The notes beneath the pieces are model-generated. The model made no database searches, had not been told where the DNA came from, and was given only the letters and a program-made list of their open reading frames with translations. Positions 51,098-64,000 of a stretch of 64,000 bases of DNA are shown piece after piece; position 1 is the first letter of the stretch, and every line of letters begins with the position of its first letter. This DNA is from Vermamoeba vermiformis. Lineage: Eukaryota. Both the position numbers and the translations under genes were made by a program. Location of the stretch: the NCBI GenBank assembly GCA_045837725.1, contig JBEWZL010000236.1, positions 310,001 to 374,000 of the forward strand, given 5' to 3'.

Positions 51098-52693
51098 TTA
51101 TTTCTCTTTCTTTTCCTCTGAAGGTGAAGCACTAGCAGCACTAGTATTGGTATTGTTATTGTTAGCTGTGTTAGTATTAGTGTTATTATTGTTAGCTGCG
51201 TTAATGTTATTGCTATTGTTGGCCGCAGGGTTAGTCGCAGCAGGTTTGTTGGGCTGGTCCTTTCTGAAATCATTCAAGAAGCCACACGCACCGCAAATAA
51301 ATTCTGTTAATAGCAACGTGAGTTGGCACGTGCAATAAAAATATCATCGTGCACTTACGGATCGAGTCCATTTCTTCAATCGGTGCCAATCCGTTGTGTG
51401 CCTTGCACTTCTTGCAGATTAGAGCAAAGCTCTTGCTCGGCGAATCTCCGACGAAGAAATCGAGCAATTTGTCCATCAAACCGCGATCTAACATGTCCGT
51501 GTCAATGACGTGTCACAGTTAATTGTTCACCAATAACACCGTTGACACTTACCTTTGTCCTCTTCGGCGCTGCTACTGCTGATTTGATTCGGTGTGAACA
51601 CAGTGCCAACAGGTACTTTAGGGCCCGTGATTGGTGCTGGCACGTGAGGGCCTGGTGCGGGATTGACAGGTGCGGGTGAAGTGCCAGGGATTTGAGGACG
51701 AATCTGCGGCACTTGTGGCTGCTGAGGCTGAGGTTGTTGAGGCTGTTGCATGGGATTGACGGGCATGTGAGGCTGTGGTGTTTGAGAATTGGGACCCGGG
51801 CCTCGTGTCGGAGTGTTGGGTCCGGGACCAGGTCTGTAATAGCATTAGGACCGTTACATAATATAGATATTGTAGTACCTGGTGGGCGTGCCAAGATTGG
51901 GTGGAGGATTGGGCAACAAACTCTTTCTGCGGTCAAATCGGTTGATGACATTCTCCACATGCGAGAAGTTGATTTTCGCTTTGTACTCTTCCAGCTGATG
52001 ACGAAATTAGCTCAATATCGCTGCTATTATAATGACTACTAACCTTTTCTTCTTGCTTCTTTTGTAGCTCCTCTAACTTCAAAGCTAAAAATGTATTTTA
52101 GTACACGTCAACAGATCTGATCGAGCAGCAAAAAATTGAAAAATAAAGAGGCATTATACTTACTATCATTGGTGCTTCTATATGCGTAGTATTGATTGAT
52201 TACACGTTTAAATACATAGGCTCTAAATAAAAGAAAAAATTAATTAAAAAATCGAAAAAAAGCGCATAGTATATCAACGTAATTCGTGTGGTTAATATTT
52301 TTGCGTTGTTCCTCGTTAAATAAAAATTTTTGTATTGATGGATAAAAATTTTGGCGCACTTACAATAATAAGGCTAAAAACAAAGGAGAGGCCCAGAGAT
52401 AGTTCTCTAGTGGAGTAGTGACGTGTAAAAAGAACTTCCAATATACAAGATAGCTTATTTCGAATATTAGTGTCACTATAAGTAATCTGATCACGTTCGT
52501 CCTATGATTGACTTGATATTGCTTCAATCGAACTTGAATCTTCTGTATTTGTTGGTCTATTTGTTCGAGTACTTTTTCATAATTTTCTTCCTATTTAAAT
52601 CGTCTATTAGACATTGAAAGAAAGTTCGATCCAGATTGCAATCTTTATGCGTATTCCAAGTACCTTCTTGAATAAGGAGAATACGAATCCCAT
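51098..52693 (-). CDS. LNPK: Lunapark ER junction protein
   Basis: MG start at 52693, two TM segments, Pro/Gln-rich region, DKLLDFFVGDSP..FALICKKCKAHNGLA...FICGACGFLN zinc ribbon. Confidence 0.9.
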
Positions 52694-52807
52694 GGTGTGG
52701 TATTATAATATATTTAGACTTGTGCTGTGGTGCTGCAAGTCCTTGATCGGTGACGAAAATGAAATTTGGCGACGTCAGAGAAGTCAATCAAAGTTCAGCG
52801 CCTAATT

Positions 52808-53848
52808 ATGACACAACGATATACGAGGGAGCAGTTGTTCGAGAGGAGCAACGTGCTGGCAAATAAACGAGAAGAGGAGCGCGAGAAGGAAGAGATCGAA
52901 AGGAAAATCAAGAAGTTGAAAGACAATGAAGAAGATTTGTTAATTGCATTGAAAAAATTCGACGATGATATGGCTATGCAAATTAATCGTCAAAAGCGAG
53001 AAATTGAACGCGTTAAAGAACGGATTCAGGATTTAAAACAAGAGGTACGGTTTAAAAATCTACTATTTAATACAAAATAATTCTATCGCTACAAGATCAA
53101 TGTAATTATCCTGTTACATTGGGTTATTGTATAATAATGATTTTTTATGCAGCTCAATTTCAACCGCAGTATTGATACGCAAGTTAAATCGCATCAATCA
53201 GAACGAAAGAATTTTATCAGCGCTAAATACAGTCCAAACTATTATTATAGCGATAAGCGAGCTAAAAATACTTCGAGCGACGAGTCAAAAGATTATTTTG
53301 AGAAGCAACGCGAACGAAAAATTAAGACGGTAGAAGCGGAGTTAAAAGCACTAGAAGAACGATTGAATGAGACACAACGCGATTACGACAGCGATAGAAA
53401 ACGAAAATTAGAGGAATTGAAAGACCTGCAGCATCAGACACGCGTGCAGGCGAGTGAGATCCGACAAGAATATGAAGACAAGAAACGAGAACGGCGTCAA
53501 GCTGAGCGCGATGAACAAGATAAACAAAGGTAAGCTCTAGATCCAAGTACCAAAGAGATTTTTGGGAATAAATATCGTGATCGAGAGAATCTTTTGCTGA
53601 TTATTGCTTGAAATTTCAGGCGACACAAAGAAATCGAACGACAAGTGGATCGTGACGTGGAAGCTGAACGGACATCAGCCCTGCGTGCATCACTCAGCAC
53701 ACGAGGATCGAGCACTAAGACCTCATCATATTCGAGGACATTAGAGAAGACACAAGACGAGGACGAAGAAGACACAGCGAGTGCACGTGACAAGTACAAA
53801 ATTGATCGTGTGTTGCCGCCAATGAGGAGGAAGAAATATTATTACTAA
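52808..53848 (+). CDS. Charged coiled-coil protein of unknown function
   Basis: Three E/K/R-rich ORFs joined by GT-AG introns (donors near 53045 and 53530). Confidence 0.65.
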
Positions 53849-54007
53849 ATACGGCATTATAATGTAGTTTAATAGTACAGTACTTCTTGTAGAATAAAAT
53901 TGTGCTCTGTATTGGTTGAATCGCGAACTTATTTACATGATATTGAATATATGTACACTTGTTTGGTTTTCGTTGTTTTTCGCTATTATTTACAGGTTAT
54001 TGTTATT

Positions 54008-55518
54008 TCACCTAGCACTGCACGGCAAATGTCGGTCAACAAACTCGTCAAACTTTTGATGGAATTCTTCCGCGCCATACAGATCAAAACCTTGCAAATG
54101 CGACTCTGAAGGAATTTCCCACAGGTACTTCGGGTGCTCTAGATAAGGCCCGTTAATTTTGTTCTTAAAAGGCAAGGAGTTCGTATTGGACTTACGAGCT
54201 AATTTGTATAGATTCTTCGAGTGAATGCTTGGTACAGTAGGATCATGACTGCCAACGATGAATAAAATCGGCTTATTTACTTTATTAATAGTCTCTCGGG
54301 GAGGAGGTGTTCGTTTAAACATGCCTGGAGTGTTGATTAGATCTGATCCAAAGCGGAAGCTTTAAATAATGTGCTTACCTTCGATTCTCATCCTCGTGAT
54401 GCGCATGATTAAATTAGTCATCCAGCGAGGTGTCAAGAACGGCGTGACAAATGTTTGAATTTGACTCCACACGCCCTTGTCAAGGCTTTGTAATCCTGCC
54501 TGTGTTCCTTTCACCGCCCGTTCGATGTGATACATCCAGATATCTACGGATTAAACGGGTTAATATCTGTTTAAACAGAGGTTTGTATTTAATTTTATTT
54601 ACCTTCGGGGGCCGAAAATCCATTTTCTGCAATAACGAGATCGACATTTGTATGATTAACCCCAACAGCCGCTATTAATGAAAGTTAGAAATTACGAACG
54701 ATTAATTACTGTTAATAATAATGACGTACTTAAAACAGAAGCAGCTCCCATGGACATGCCGATCAGGATTACTTTCGAAGATCCTTTTTCAAATCGTGCG
54801 TAATGAACAGCTGACAGAACGTCTTCGTGCTCTCTAATGCCATAGCCAAATCCATAACCTAAGAGATACTATGAGTCAATACAAGTCGGATTGATGTGAG
54901 TGTCGTTTCGCGAAGTTAACTTGTGAACCAGATTCAATTTCGAAAATAAAGCTCGTCTGCAATCTCCGGGTTAAAATCTTACCAAACGAATCGCTAGTGC
55001 CTCCTACAGCCTCTCTGCAATCAAAAAGCAATACATTGTAGCCGCTGTTGTGCCACATCTGAGCGTGGCGTAAATATTCTCTTCTATTCATTCCAAGGCC
55101 GTGAACAGCGACAATCGTTCTCGAACAGTGATGGGAGCCTATTAATTAAAGTCAATATTATTTTCAAAATAAAGTATTGAAATTTCTTGCGTTATTAGTA
55201 AGCAACGGGGAAAAGAGGATGATCCGCTCCATATTTCGTCGCTAAATCATTATTTAGCTTTTAAAAAAATTTCTTACCGTCTTTGGGCCCTTCAATCCAC
55301 CAGCCTCTGAGTGTTTGAGTCTTGGGATCGTTTCCAAGCGAAGGAAACTCGATCTCTTCAAAACTTAAGTTAAAGTGGCCAGGGTGATTCAAATCGATAT
55401 ATTCTTGAAGTGGAGGGTGCAGAAACATGTTGCTTACAACGTATGAAACTATCATCGGTAAGATCGCACCCATAGAGCAGGCCGTAACGGCACAGATTGC
55501 AAACTTTTGCACTGGCAT
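54008..55518 (-). CDS. Alpha/beta-hydrolase with N-terminal TM anchor
   Basis: LRGWWI, VAVHGLG, GYNVLLFD, GMSMG nucleophile elbow, PILFIVGSHDPTVP, C-terminal His. Confidence 0.85.
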
Positions 55519-55870
55519 TTTGATTCCTTGTTGTTAACGTTATGCCAATCGTGGTTTTCTCTTGTTATTTACTATTAAAATGATATATCGCAGCATATTT
55601 TTTTTCTGGCCTAAAAGCTTAAAAAGTTCGAAATTTCCAAAGGCGTTGATCTGAATTTCAGGCATAGTTCGCTGACTTTGCAAATTTTTGCTGTCTTTTC
55701 ATGCCACATCGCGACTGAGCCCTGGTCTTTCCTGTCGATTCGAGGGGTATTATGAATTGACAAGCTTTTTCCGTTAATGCAAACAGATTTATTTTCAAAT
55801 GAATAACCAATGTTGCCGACACGAGGGGTGGCCGCAAATGAATGATTGTATAGCAGATTTAATCTATTCA

Positions 55871-57570
55871 TTACTTGGCTTTAGCATCTTTCTTTTTCTT
55901 AGGTGCTCCGAGCGCCATGACTTTTCCGTAGGCCACGGTGGAATCTGTAATTAACGCACGTTAGTTGTTGAGGGATGACTGTCATCAGTGCTCTTGACTT
56001 ACCTTGATTTCGCAACAAGACGCGACCCAGCTGTGGGGTGTTGGCAAAGGTCTCAATGCAGATCTGCTTCGCGATCTTGATGTGCGCGAAGATCACGCTG
56101 TGTTTCTTGACAATAGAGGGCACCTTCTCCAGCACAGCATCAGTTTTGGGGTCGATACGCGCCATGATGACTTCGAGGGTGCATTCAACAGTCGCAACAT
56201 TGCAGTGTAGCTTGGCGCGCAAATTGTTGGTCAACACGTCGCTCAGCACGAACAACTTGGCCACAAATTCATTGTGCACAGGCACGGGGCTGGAAATAGG
56301 GCAGAGTACTTGACCAGGATAGATCTGCTCTTCTGTCAACTGATTGGACTTGATCGTCACGCACACTTGGTCTCCTGCGACTGCACGCACTTTGTTCGCT
56401 GCGTCGGCTAGGATCTTGACAGCTTGAACGGGGACTTTGCCTGGCATGAGAACGAGATTGTCGTTCAGATTAAGAGTGCCAGTTTCTATCTTGCCCACGA
56501 CGTGCAGACCTTGTTCGCGATAACGGTCCATCACTGGTATGCGAAGTGGAGCATTCAGATCGCGTGTCACAGCAGGAAGAACATCTAGGACTTCAAAGAG
56601 CGAGGGACCATTGTACCACGAGCACACCTTGGAGTCAACACGATCCTTGATGTTGGCGCCGGTGAAGCCAGACACAGGGACGAAGTAGATGCTGGGATCG
56701 TTAAATCCAAGCAGCTTGAGCTTCGGACGCAAGGTCTGCTCAATGCCTCTGAAGCGCTCTTCTTTCCACTGCACCGTGACTTCATCCATCTTGTTCACGA
56801 CGACAACCAAGCGCTGCACGCCAAGAGCACGCGCGAGTGCCAAGTGTTGCTTCGTGGGTGAATTGGTTCCGTCCCAACCGTCTTCAAATTCACCGCGCCG
56901 AGCAGAGATGACGAGAATGCCGACATCAGCGAGCATCGCACCGAGCATCATGTTCGTGAGGTACGAGATGTGACCTGGCGTGTCAAGAATGGTGAATCTT
57001 CTGCTGGCAGTCATGAAGCGAGCGACACCAAGCTCCACGGTCTTGCCCTATGCACAACGATTAGTACTACCATTCGGAATAACCTGCCATTAATAAGGCT
57101 ATTACTTACCCTCTCACGCTCTTCTTTGTTTATGTCCATGATGTAAGCCCACAACCAGCTGTCCATTCCTTTCTCTGCAGCTTCCTTCGCGTACTTTTGG
57201 ATGTCACGCTCGGAGACCGCTCCAGACTGGAACAGAATATTTCCGCATATCGTAGATTTGCCCGCATCTATACGTGGAGATTAGTGCGAGTTCTCAGTGA
57301 ATTAAAGATCTAGAGCTTACCAACGTGACCAAAGAACGTCACATTTACGTGCTCACGCTTATCTTCTTCAGCGATAAGCGCCATCGTCTCTGCAATGACA
57401 GACTCTTCAGCGGAGTGTTCACCGCTGTCAGAGTCCTCAGTCTTGGGAAGAGGATCGGATGTAGGAGTATCTTCCCAAGACTCACGTCCAACCGAGAGTC
57501 AATCGAGTTGTCTTGCCGTTTCCTCGACACGCTCTTCTTGAGCGGACATTACTTGAGCATTAGTGCCCAT
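55871..57570 (-). CDS. eRF3 (GSPT/Sup35)-like translational GTPase, divergent
   Basis: REHVNVTFFGHVDAGKST, SWLWAYIMDINKEERERGKTVELG, DTPGH, LVISARRGEFE, NKMD, CSWYNGPSL. The last exon ends with TAA at 55871. Confidence 0.85.
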
Positions 57571-58685
57571 CGGCTTTAAAAATTTAATTAATATTAATTT
57601 CTAACCGTGTTGTAAAGGGCAATATTGTTGCCGTGATATTTAATTTGTATTTTATTAAGTAATGAGCTCCAAGTTTAATTAGACTTACGATAGGCACAAA
57701 CTCGGGCGCATCGACCCGTAATTTCAATCGTTTGGTTTCCGACATTGTTGTAACTTGTAAGTTGTTAGCTAGCTAGTAACCGGTTACTTCGTTTCAATTA
57801 ATAAAATAAAAAAAATTGTGGCTTTGTTGTCGCCGATCGTTTGGTTTTTTGTTTCTGATAAAGTTCTCAGCTGTGCAGAGACACACCAGGGTTTCTGTGC
57901 GTTTGTTATTCTGAGAGTCAGACGCCGCGAGACCTAGATCAGAGATCGTGTAGAGCTTAAGTTGGCAAGTAAACTTTCTACCGGTGGCTATCGTCAGATG
58001 CACAAGAAATTTTTTAATATGACCCTATTATATTTTAATATCAAATAGTTGTTTTAAATTGGTTTGGGACAACCTTTTGAAGGTCCCAAAAGGTTAGGTG
58101 TGGGAGGAAAAGAGCCCGAGTTTATTTCACGTAAATCATGACACGTTCTTATGAGATTTCATTAAACGGCTAGTTTTTTGGGCGGGAGCAATATTGTCAC
58201 TCGACCTATTCTCCCCCAAAACATCACCACAGAGGTTCCTGAGGTGTTTTTTGAGTAAATGAAACATATATTGTAATACACCGTTGTCGCCTGCGTTGGG
58301 CACTTCCACCAAAACAAGAACAGAATGAGCACGACACGATGTGGATGTTCTGCATCTGCCCGTGCCAACAGTCGCAATTTCGTGTAATTTACAACACAAT
58401 AGTATCGTATATATTGTAGTATGTGTAAGATAATTGATGCTTTGATACACTGAAATTATTTTTTGATCAAAATTCAAAAAAAATGGAAAAAAGACCGCCG
58501 ATATGTATGGTGGTCTTGAGTGACGATATATCGGCCTCCGACAATATACACCACACTGGTAGTAGTGTGAACGAGGACCATTCTCTATCAACGCATTATT
58601 CTGAGGGACCTCTTCTGAAGGCGACGTCATCCAAAACATTTATCTTTTGATTGGGTATTTTTGTGCCAAACTCAGCCACGATACA

Positions 58686-61181
58686 ATGAAAGGTTGGCTT
58701 CATTTAGCGGTTGTCGCTGTTACGTTTTTCGTATTGGTGGTTCCGGCATTGAGCAGCACTGCTGGCTGGTTTCCCCACCACCAAGGATGGTACCCGAAGA
58801 TCGGCCCTTTCACTCCCATCGATACAAACAAGGTCGTAAAAAATTGGAAGCCTCAAAATCACGAGACGTGTGGTCAAGCAAATCCAGGCTGGAATGATTG
58901 GAAAGAAGGTAAAACCGAAAATTATTTCAATTTAAATAATAATTTAGAAAATTTGATCGTCGCGCTTTTACTTGATAGAAACTTAGTCCACTAATTATGC
59001 ACTGTTTTCTTAATTTTTATAACGCAGATAGCGATCCTTCAACTATTGTCATAGTCGCTAAAAAACCCGGCACCTCAGTGAACATTGATGTTAAATATAT
59101 TGACGAATCTTATGTTATGGACGAGGCTTTTAGAGGCTCTACTGGTGAGGTACGTGGTTGAATCGTTTTTGACATCCGATCGCCTCAACTTATCCTTGTG
59201 ATAGATGATGGTTGTTTTGCCATTTAAACCTATTCGCTGGGCATTATTTAGAGATATTAAAGGAGAAGCGTTGATTTGCCGGTTCAGAGGTATTAAATGT
59301 TACGCTCAGGTCAAGTTTGATTAATTTCTTTTTATCGCAGGCAGCCATCAATCTGACGCGGGTTACTCATCGGACTCGTGTGCGGGCCCGTGCAGAGACA
59401 TTACGTTTGATGTGCCGACCGAGATCGGTATCAATGCTTCATCAATCGTGTTTTCAAAGCTGCCGCGAAAGTTGGTCAAGCCGATCCATGAATTCTTTTT
59501 GACTGCTGAAGAGAAGCCCGTGAGTATAACAATATTATGGTAGACTCGAAGGAGTAGCTAATCGAGACTAGGTTGGTGATGATGTTACCATGACGACGAT
59601 GTGCACGATCGATCGTATGGTGCGCATCAAACAGATGGCCGAGCTCTATCGAGGACCCATTTCAGCTGCCATTTACATTCAATCCAACTACGAGAGCGAG
59701 GTCGCGGAGGTGTTGAGCAATTGGTTCACTTCTGATGCGATGAGGCGTCATGTCGACATTCATTTGGTCGTAGAAGACAATGTAAGCAGATATTTTATTC
59801 GCGTACTCGTGTATCATATTAATGCGTGGCTGTCAGATCCCTCTCATGCAAACAGGTGATCGGCCATTCCCTGTAAACATTTTGCGTAACATTGGAGTCA
59901 AGTAAGATTGTTGCACTTGTTAATAGGAGACACTGACCAACTGCTTTAGATTCGCTCGAACTACGAATGTGTTCTACGTCGAGGCCGATTTTGTTCCCAA
60001 TCGAATGATGCGTCACTCCAAATCGTTCTCGGAGATTAAGTAATAACATTCATTTAACCGAGTGACCTGTCTAACCATCTGCAGAAAACGACTTAAAGAA
60101 CAGCCTAAGGCGGTGTACATTGTGCCTGGTTTGATCACGTGGAACAAAGAAATCTCGCATCCAAATTACGATCTTGAGACTAAGTTCCCGAAGGACAAGG
60201 AAGAGTTGTGGAAGATTTACAACGAAGATCCTCGTGACGAGACTGGCATTCAGCCACTGAGCGTCAAGTTCGATTCTCACCGCGCATTCCCATACGCGCA
60301 ATGGTGCGTTTGAAACTCCCGAGAGGCGCAATTATTCTAACTTTCCACGCAGGAAAACTGCCACCGAAATCTTTGAAGTCTCGAATGGCCACGCTGGCGG
60401 CTTTGAGCCTTACTACATCTCAACTCGCGACTATCCATTGTATGTTGATTTGTGTTGTCTGTTCGTTGACATCGTTCTCACACGCTGCCCACAGGTTCGA
60501 AGAAGTATTCGTTGGCTGTGGTCAAGACAAGATCGTTCACTTCACCGAATTAATGCGCGCTGGTTACAGGTCAGTTGATTGTCTTTGGTGGTTGTTAACT
60601 AATGCGCGGATAGGGTTTATGGTGTGCCCGATTCGTTCATTGTTCACTTGGATTCGACCGGTATGGGTACCTCGTGGTGCAAGAGCACTTATTCGGTGAG
60701 TACTTACAGAGGATGGTGAGCTCAAAACTGACACGTAGCAGCGTTTTCCGAAATCCGAAGCGTTCAACCGCCGTTTGGACGACGATTACAATTCACACTT
60801 GTCGTACACCAGTCGCATTGCTTGGTGGGACGAGGGCGACTTGCGTGTCGCTGCTGCTGTCAAAAGTGACGATAAAAATGATGATAGCAAAGAGAAGGAG
60901 CTCTACGATAAGGTACACACGTGTCTCAATCGACAGAGGTAACTCATTTGTTTTAGACGTTGAAGCTGCAAGCGCAACTCGACACTGAGCAGTTCAAACG
61001 CAAGCGGATGGAAAAGGACCTTGAAGTTGCTGAAGAGAAGCTGAAGAAGGCCAAGGAAGAAGCCAGCTCTGCAACCACTAGAATGGTTGCTACATTAATT
61101 GTTTCTATTTTGATCATATCGGGCATGAGTCTTATCGGTTATATGCAATTTAAGAAACAAAAGAAGCACCATCCATTGTAA
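58686..61181 (+). CDS. GT49-family (LARGE/B4GAT1-like) glycosyltransferase with C-terminal coiled coil and TM helix
   Basis: DDVTMTT...YRGPISAAIY, FPVNILRNIG, VFYVEADF, FEPYY, FEEVFVGCGQDK. N-terminal hydrophobic signal and C-terminal TM LIVSILIISGMSLIGYM. Confidence 0.8.
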
Positions 61182-61415
61182 ATAATTAAATAAACTCACC
61201 CAAAGAAAATTGCTAGTTAGGGTTCATTAAAAACGAAAAATACGAATGAAACAAACCAAATGGCTATGCTATTACGGTTTTATTTTCAGCAAACAGTACT
61301 TTAACGATGTCGATATGAGCTCCTAGGAACAGTTGCGTTGTGGTGCTAAGCGCTGGCATAGTGCTGTTTAAGTTCGAACAAAAAACTATTTTTGTTTCAT
61401 GAAACGAATAATGCG

Positions 61416-61806
61416 GTAAATCGGTCTTAACTTGCTTTGTACTGCTCTTGTTGACAATTGACAAGCAACAATGTGGTGGTCGCGATGTGTTCCAGCGGGT
61501 CAATTGTTGGTTGGTAAAACTGAAGCGAAAACGAAGCTCTTTGTGCTCCTATTCGCCGTTGGTTGGTGCTTAGCGATGCACAGCCGCAAATACCATCGAA
61601 TTCCGTGCAATTTGTTGTCGCAGATGCGTTAAGAAAAAGAACAAAGCGTTTTGATCTGGTTTGAGCTTGAGCTATTTTGGTTTCGGGTACGTTTTCAACG
61701 AAAAAACCCATTTTCGCCGAAACCGCTTTACTCACCGTTGAACAACTCGTAGTAGGCGTTGTAAGCTATCGTGGTAATGTACGTTGGTGATATAATAGCG
61801 TGCTTG
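61416..61806. repeat. ~391-bp dispersed direct repeat, copy 1
   Basis: Collinear, high-identity match to 63473-63863. Confidence 0.9.
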
Positions 61807-62011
61807 TATTTGGCTCTACTAAAACATTGTCTTTTGCAAGGATCAGTTTTATTACGGGATCTGCACTACTGTACACCGTTGCCATTTAAACAGTTTCGGC
61901 CAAGGTGTTATTAAAATATTTGATATATTGCTGCCATCAGCGAGTTTATTGAAAGCATTGTTATTCACTGCTTTAATGGAATTATTTTTGACGTACGCTT
62001 CAGCAGCGCTC

Positions 62012-62332
62012 ACGTGCTCGGCTCCTTGAGTTCGAGCTTAGCATGAGTACTGCGAGGGATTTCGATGACGATGTTGATAATACCCTTCTCTTTTCATCCG
62101 CCCAGAGGCAGATCGTGCACCAAGGAGACTGGAACTCCGTCTAAACGCAGATGAAAATTAAAGAAGGGCTCAAACAATGAGCATTGTTATTAAGAACCGA
62201 TTAAAATATTTTTTTACGATTTTTTAATATTATTTATGCGTTCGGCATCTGTTGCAGGTTTTTACTCACCTTAGTGGTAGAGTTGATAGTCCAAAGGTGC
62301 CGAATGCACCGATTTGCTTAGCGGAGTGACAT
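62012..62332 (-). pseudogene. 5' fragment pseudogene of a family I inorganic pyrophosphatase
   Basis: Exon 1 SAKQIGAFGT/LDYQLY (frameshifted), intron 62269-62141, exon 2 [37 protein letters not shown]. This matches the yeast Ipp1-type N-terminus as recalled. Confidence 0.8.
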
Positions 62333-63043
62333 TATCTGTAGCGTGTTTCTCATGGTTGCTATTACTACTGGAAATACTAGGGAGGTGCCTATGGAAATAC
62401 TTCAAACGAAGTTGGTCAAAATAAGCACGCGCTCGATTTCTTTTTCATCTTGTCTGCCTGGTCGCAAGTCAACAAGATTAGCAATTAAAGCCACGACCAC
62501 ATTTGTAGAAAATAATCGAGGCTAATACAAATACGACTCCCGCCGATGACAAACCCACGCAATACCAATCCGGACCAACAGTGAATCCGGACCAAAAATA
62601 ACTGTAGAACGTAAGAAAATATAAACCATATACACCTATTCATTTCCTTAGTTTCGCTAGTGTAATTGTGACGACTTAATCGATCCCATCGAAAGTGGTA
62701 CCTTTCAAAATCGATTTTTAGCTTAAAAAATTATATTACCATCAAATTTATCACATTAAAGATAATATACGACCTCGAGTTACAGTAACACTAAAAAATT
62801 TTTTTTTCTAATTATTTTATTGACAGATCCGTGGCCGAAATTTGGTGAACCAGACAGCAAGCCTATTGTCTGGCAGTTTGGGCCCTAACGGTGGTATATT
62901 GACCTCGTTTAATTTATTTGCCACGAGGTTCGATCAAGTCATGGATGGACTTCGTTGAGAATCGAGCGCCAAGTTAAGTACGATCTTCCTGGATGCACGT
63001 TCTTTCCGTTACTGATCCTTATTATTAGATTATTTTCATCGCT

Positions 63044-63318
63044 ATGGTCATTGAAGTGTTCAATTGGTCGCATCGGGCACCATTATCACCAAAGCATTCC
63101 GGCCAATACCCCACAGTTTTCATCTTCGTGGTCGACACCGCGCTTGTCCAATCCCGCCACGTTTATGTCGAACATGCCCTATGCTTGCAGTATATTTACG
63201 AGACCAAGCTGCCGTGTTCAACAATTGCGATGTAGTGCCGCACGACTTTGCACCGTGTGAAGAAGCAGCGTGCAGGCAAGAGCTAAATGGCGCAATTCAT
63301 GCAGTCGATCGGGTCTGA
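63044..63318 (+). pseudogene. Possible degraded ankyrin-repeat fragment
   Basis: HALCLQYIYETKLPC and PCEEAACRQEL in different frames resemble the repeats in 30291-31487. Confidence 0.35.
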
Positions 63319-63472
63319 TACTGAATAGTTCTACGAGTTGAGTACTGTCGGTATGTCTGCGACTGGTGCGGGCAGGAAGCAAGCAAGGCGACTAAAGGAT
63401 TCGAACGAACAAAAAATGGTGGTTTGGTTCATGAAAAGGTACCGCTAGCGAGATTTCCCAAATTCAGAAAAC

Positions 63473-63863
63473 GTAAATCGGTCTTGACTCACTTTGTAAT
63501 GCTCTTATTGACAATAGGCATTCGCTAATGTGGTGGTCGCGATGTGTTCCATCGGGTGCAATTGTTGGTTGGTAAAACTGAAGCGAAAACGAAGCTCTTT
63601 GTGCTCCTATTCGCCGTTGGTTGGCGCTCAGCGATGCACAGCGGCAAATACAATCGAATTCCGTGCAATTTGTTGTCACAGAAGCATTTAGAAAAAGCAC
63701 AAAGCGTTTTGATCTGGTTTGAGCTTGAGCTATTTTGGTTTCGGGTACGTTTTCAACGAAAAAACCCATTTTCGCCGAAACTCTTTACTCACCGTTGAAC
63801 AACTCGTAGTAGGCGTTGTAAGCTATCGTGGTAATGTACGTTGGTGATATAATAGCGTGCTTG
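63473..63863. repeat. ~391-bp dispersed direct repeat, copy 2
   Basis: Collinear match to 61416-61806. Confidence 0.9.
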
Positions 63864-64000
63864 CAATAGCGGCTCAACAGCTTCAACCGCCAAGATCGAA
63901 GCACGTTCTGTACGTAAACAGATTCCTCTCATACTTCATCTGCTAATATTCCGATATAGTAAGCAAGAGAACCGATGGAAGCGAGTAAGTGCAACAATAA

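Noticed and set aside
51130-51250. AANNNN repeats at the lunapark C-terminus
   Set aside because: Ordinary Asn-rich low-complexity sequence, common in amoebal proteins.
57761-57792. CGGTTACTTCG resembling vertebrate vault RNA
   Set aside because: Part of a short palindrome, with no B box, terminal stem or terminator in register.
58136-58639. 167-aa minus-strand ORF upstream of the GT49 gene
   Set aside because: It runs through AT-rich intron-like sequence and has no recognisable domain.
61427-61735. Paired ~100-aa ORFs in the two 391-bp repeats
   Set aside because: They begin at a GTGAGT splice-donor-like site and diverge by frameshift between copies, so they are unlikely to be coding.

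Overview
Intron-rich, AT-rich eukaryotic nuclear DNA with short GT-AG introns and apparently the standard code. The gene content suggests a free-living amoeba (Amoebozoa): actin with an MDHDVQALVVDNGSG N-terminus, HRDLAARN-type receptor kinases, and many RI-like LRR and ankyrin genes. This assignment is inference. About 25 protein genes can be supported, including actin, a BK/Slo K+ channel, lunapark, an eRF3-like GTPase, a GT49 glycosyltransferase, PhyH, START and alpha/beta-hydrolase genes, and two receptor kinases. The main find is at 46948-49885 (+): one spliced reading frame joins a ubiquitin-specific protease (peptidase C19, catalytic Cys/His/Asp motifs present) to a piggyBac-type transposase with DDD motifs and a C-terminal Cys-rich domain. 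It lies in CpG-poor DNA and is followed by a 118-bp direct repeat and a zinc-finger ORF. Other notable items are a GPI-anchored, bacterial-type heparinase II/III (DUF4962) lyase and a secreted, membrane-anchored truncated-globin-like gene. That gene carries a solo-LTR-like insert and a 31-bp templated inversion that forms a frame-restoring GT-AG mini-intron. There is also a C/D snoRNA antisense to the LSU peptidyl-transferase loop, and a gene-fragment zone containing a pyrophosphatase pseudogene. All exon models were built by eye and no database searches were run.
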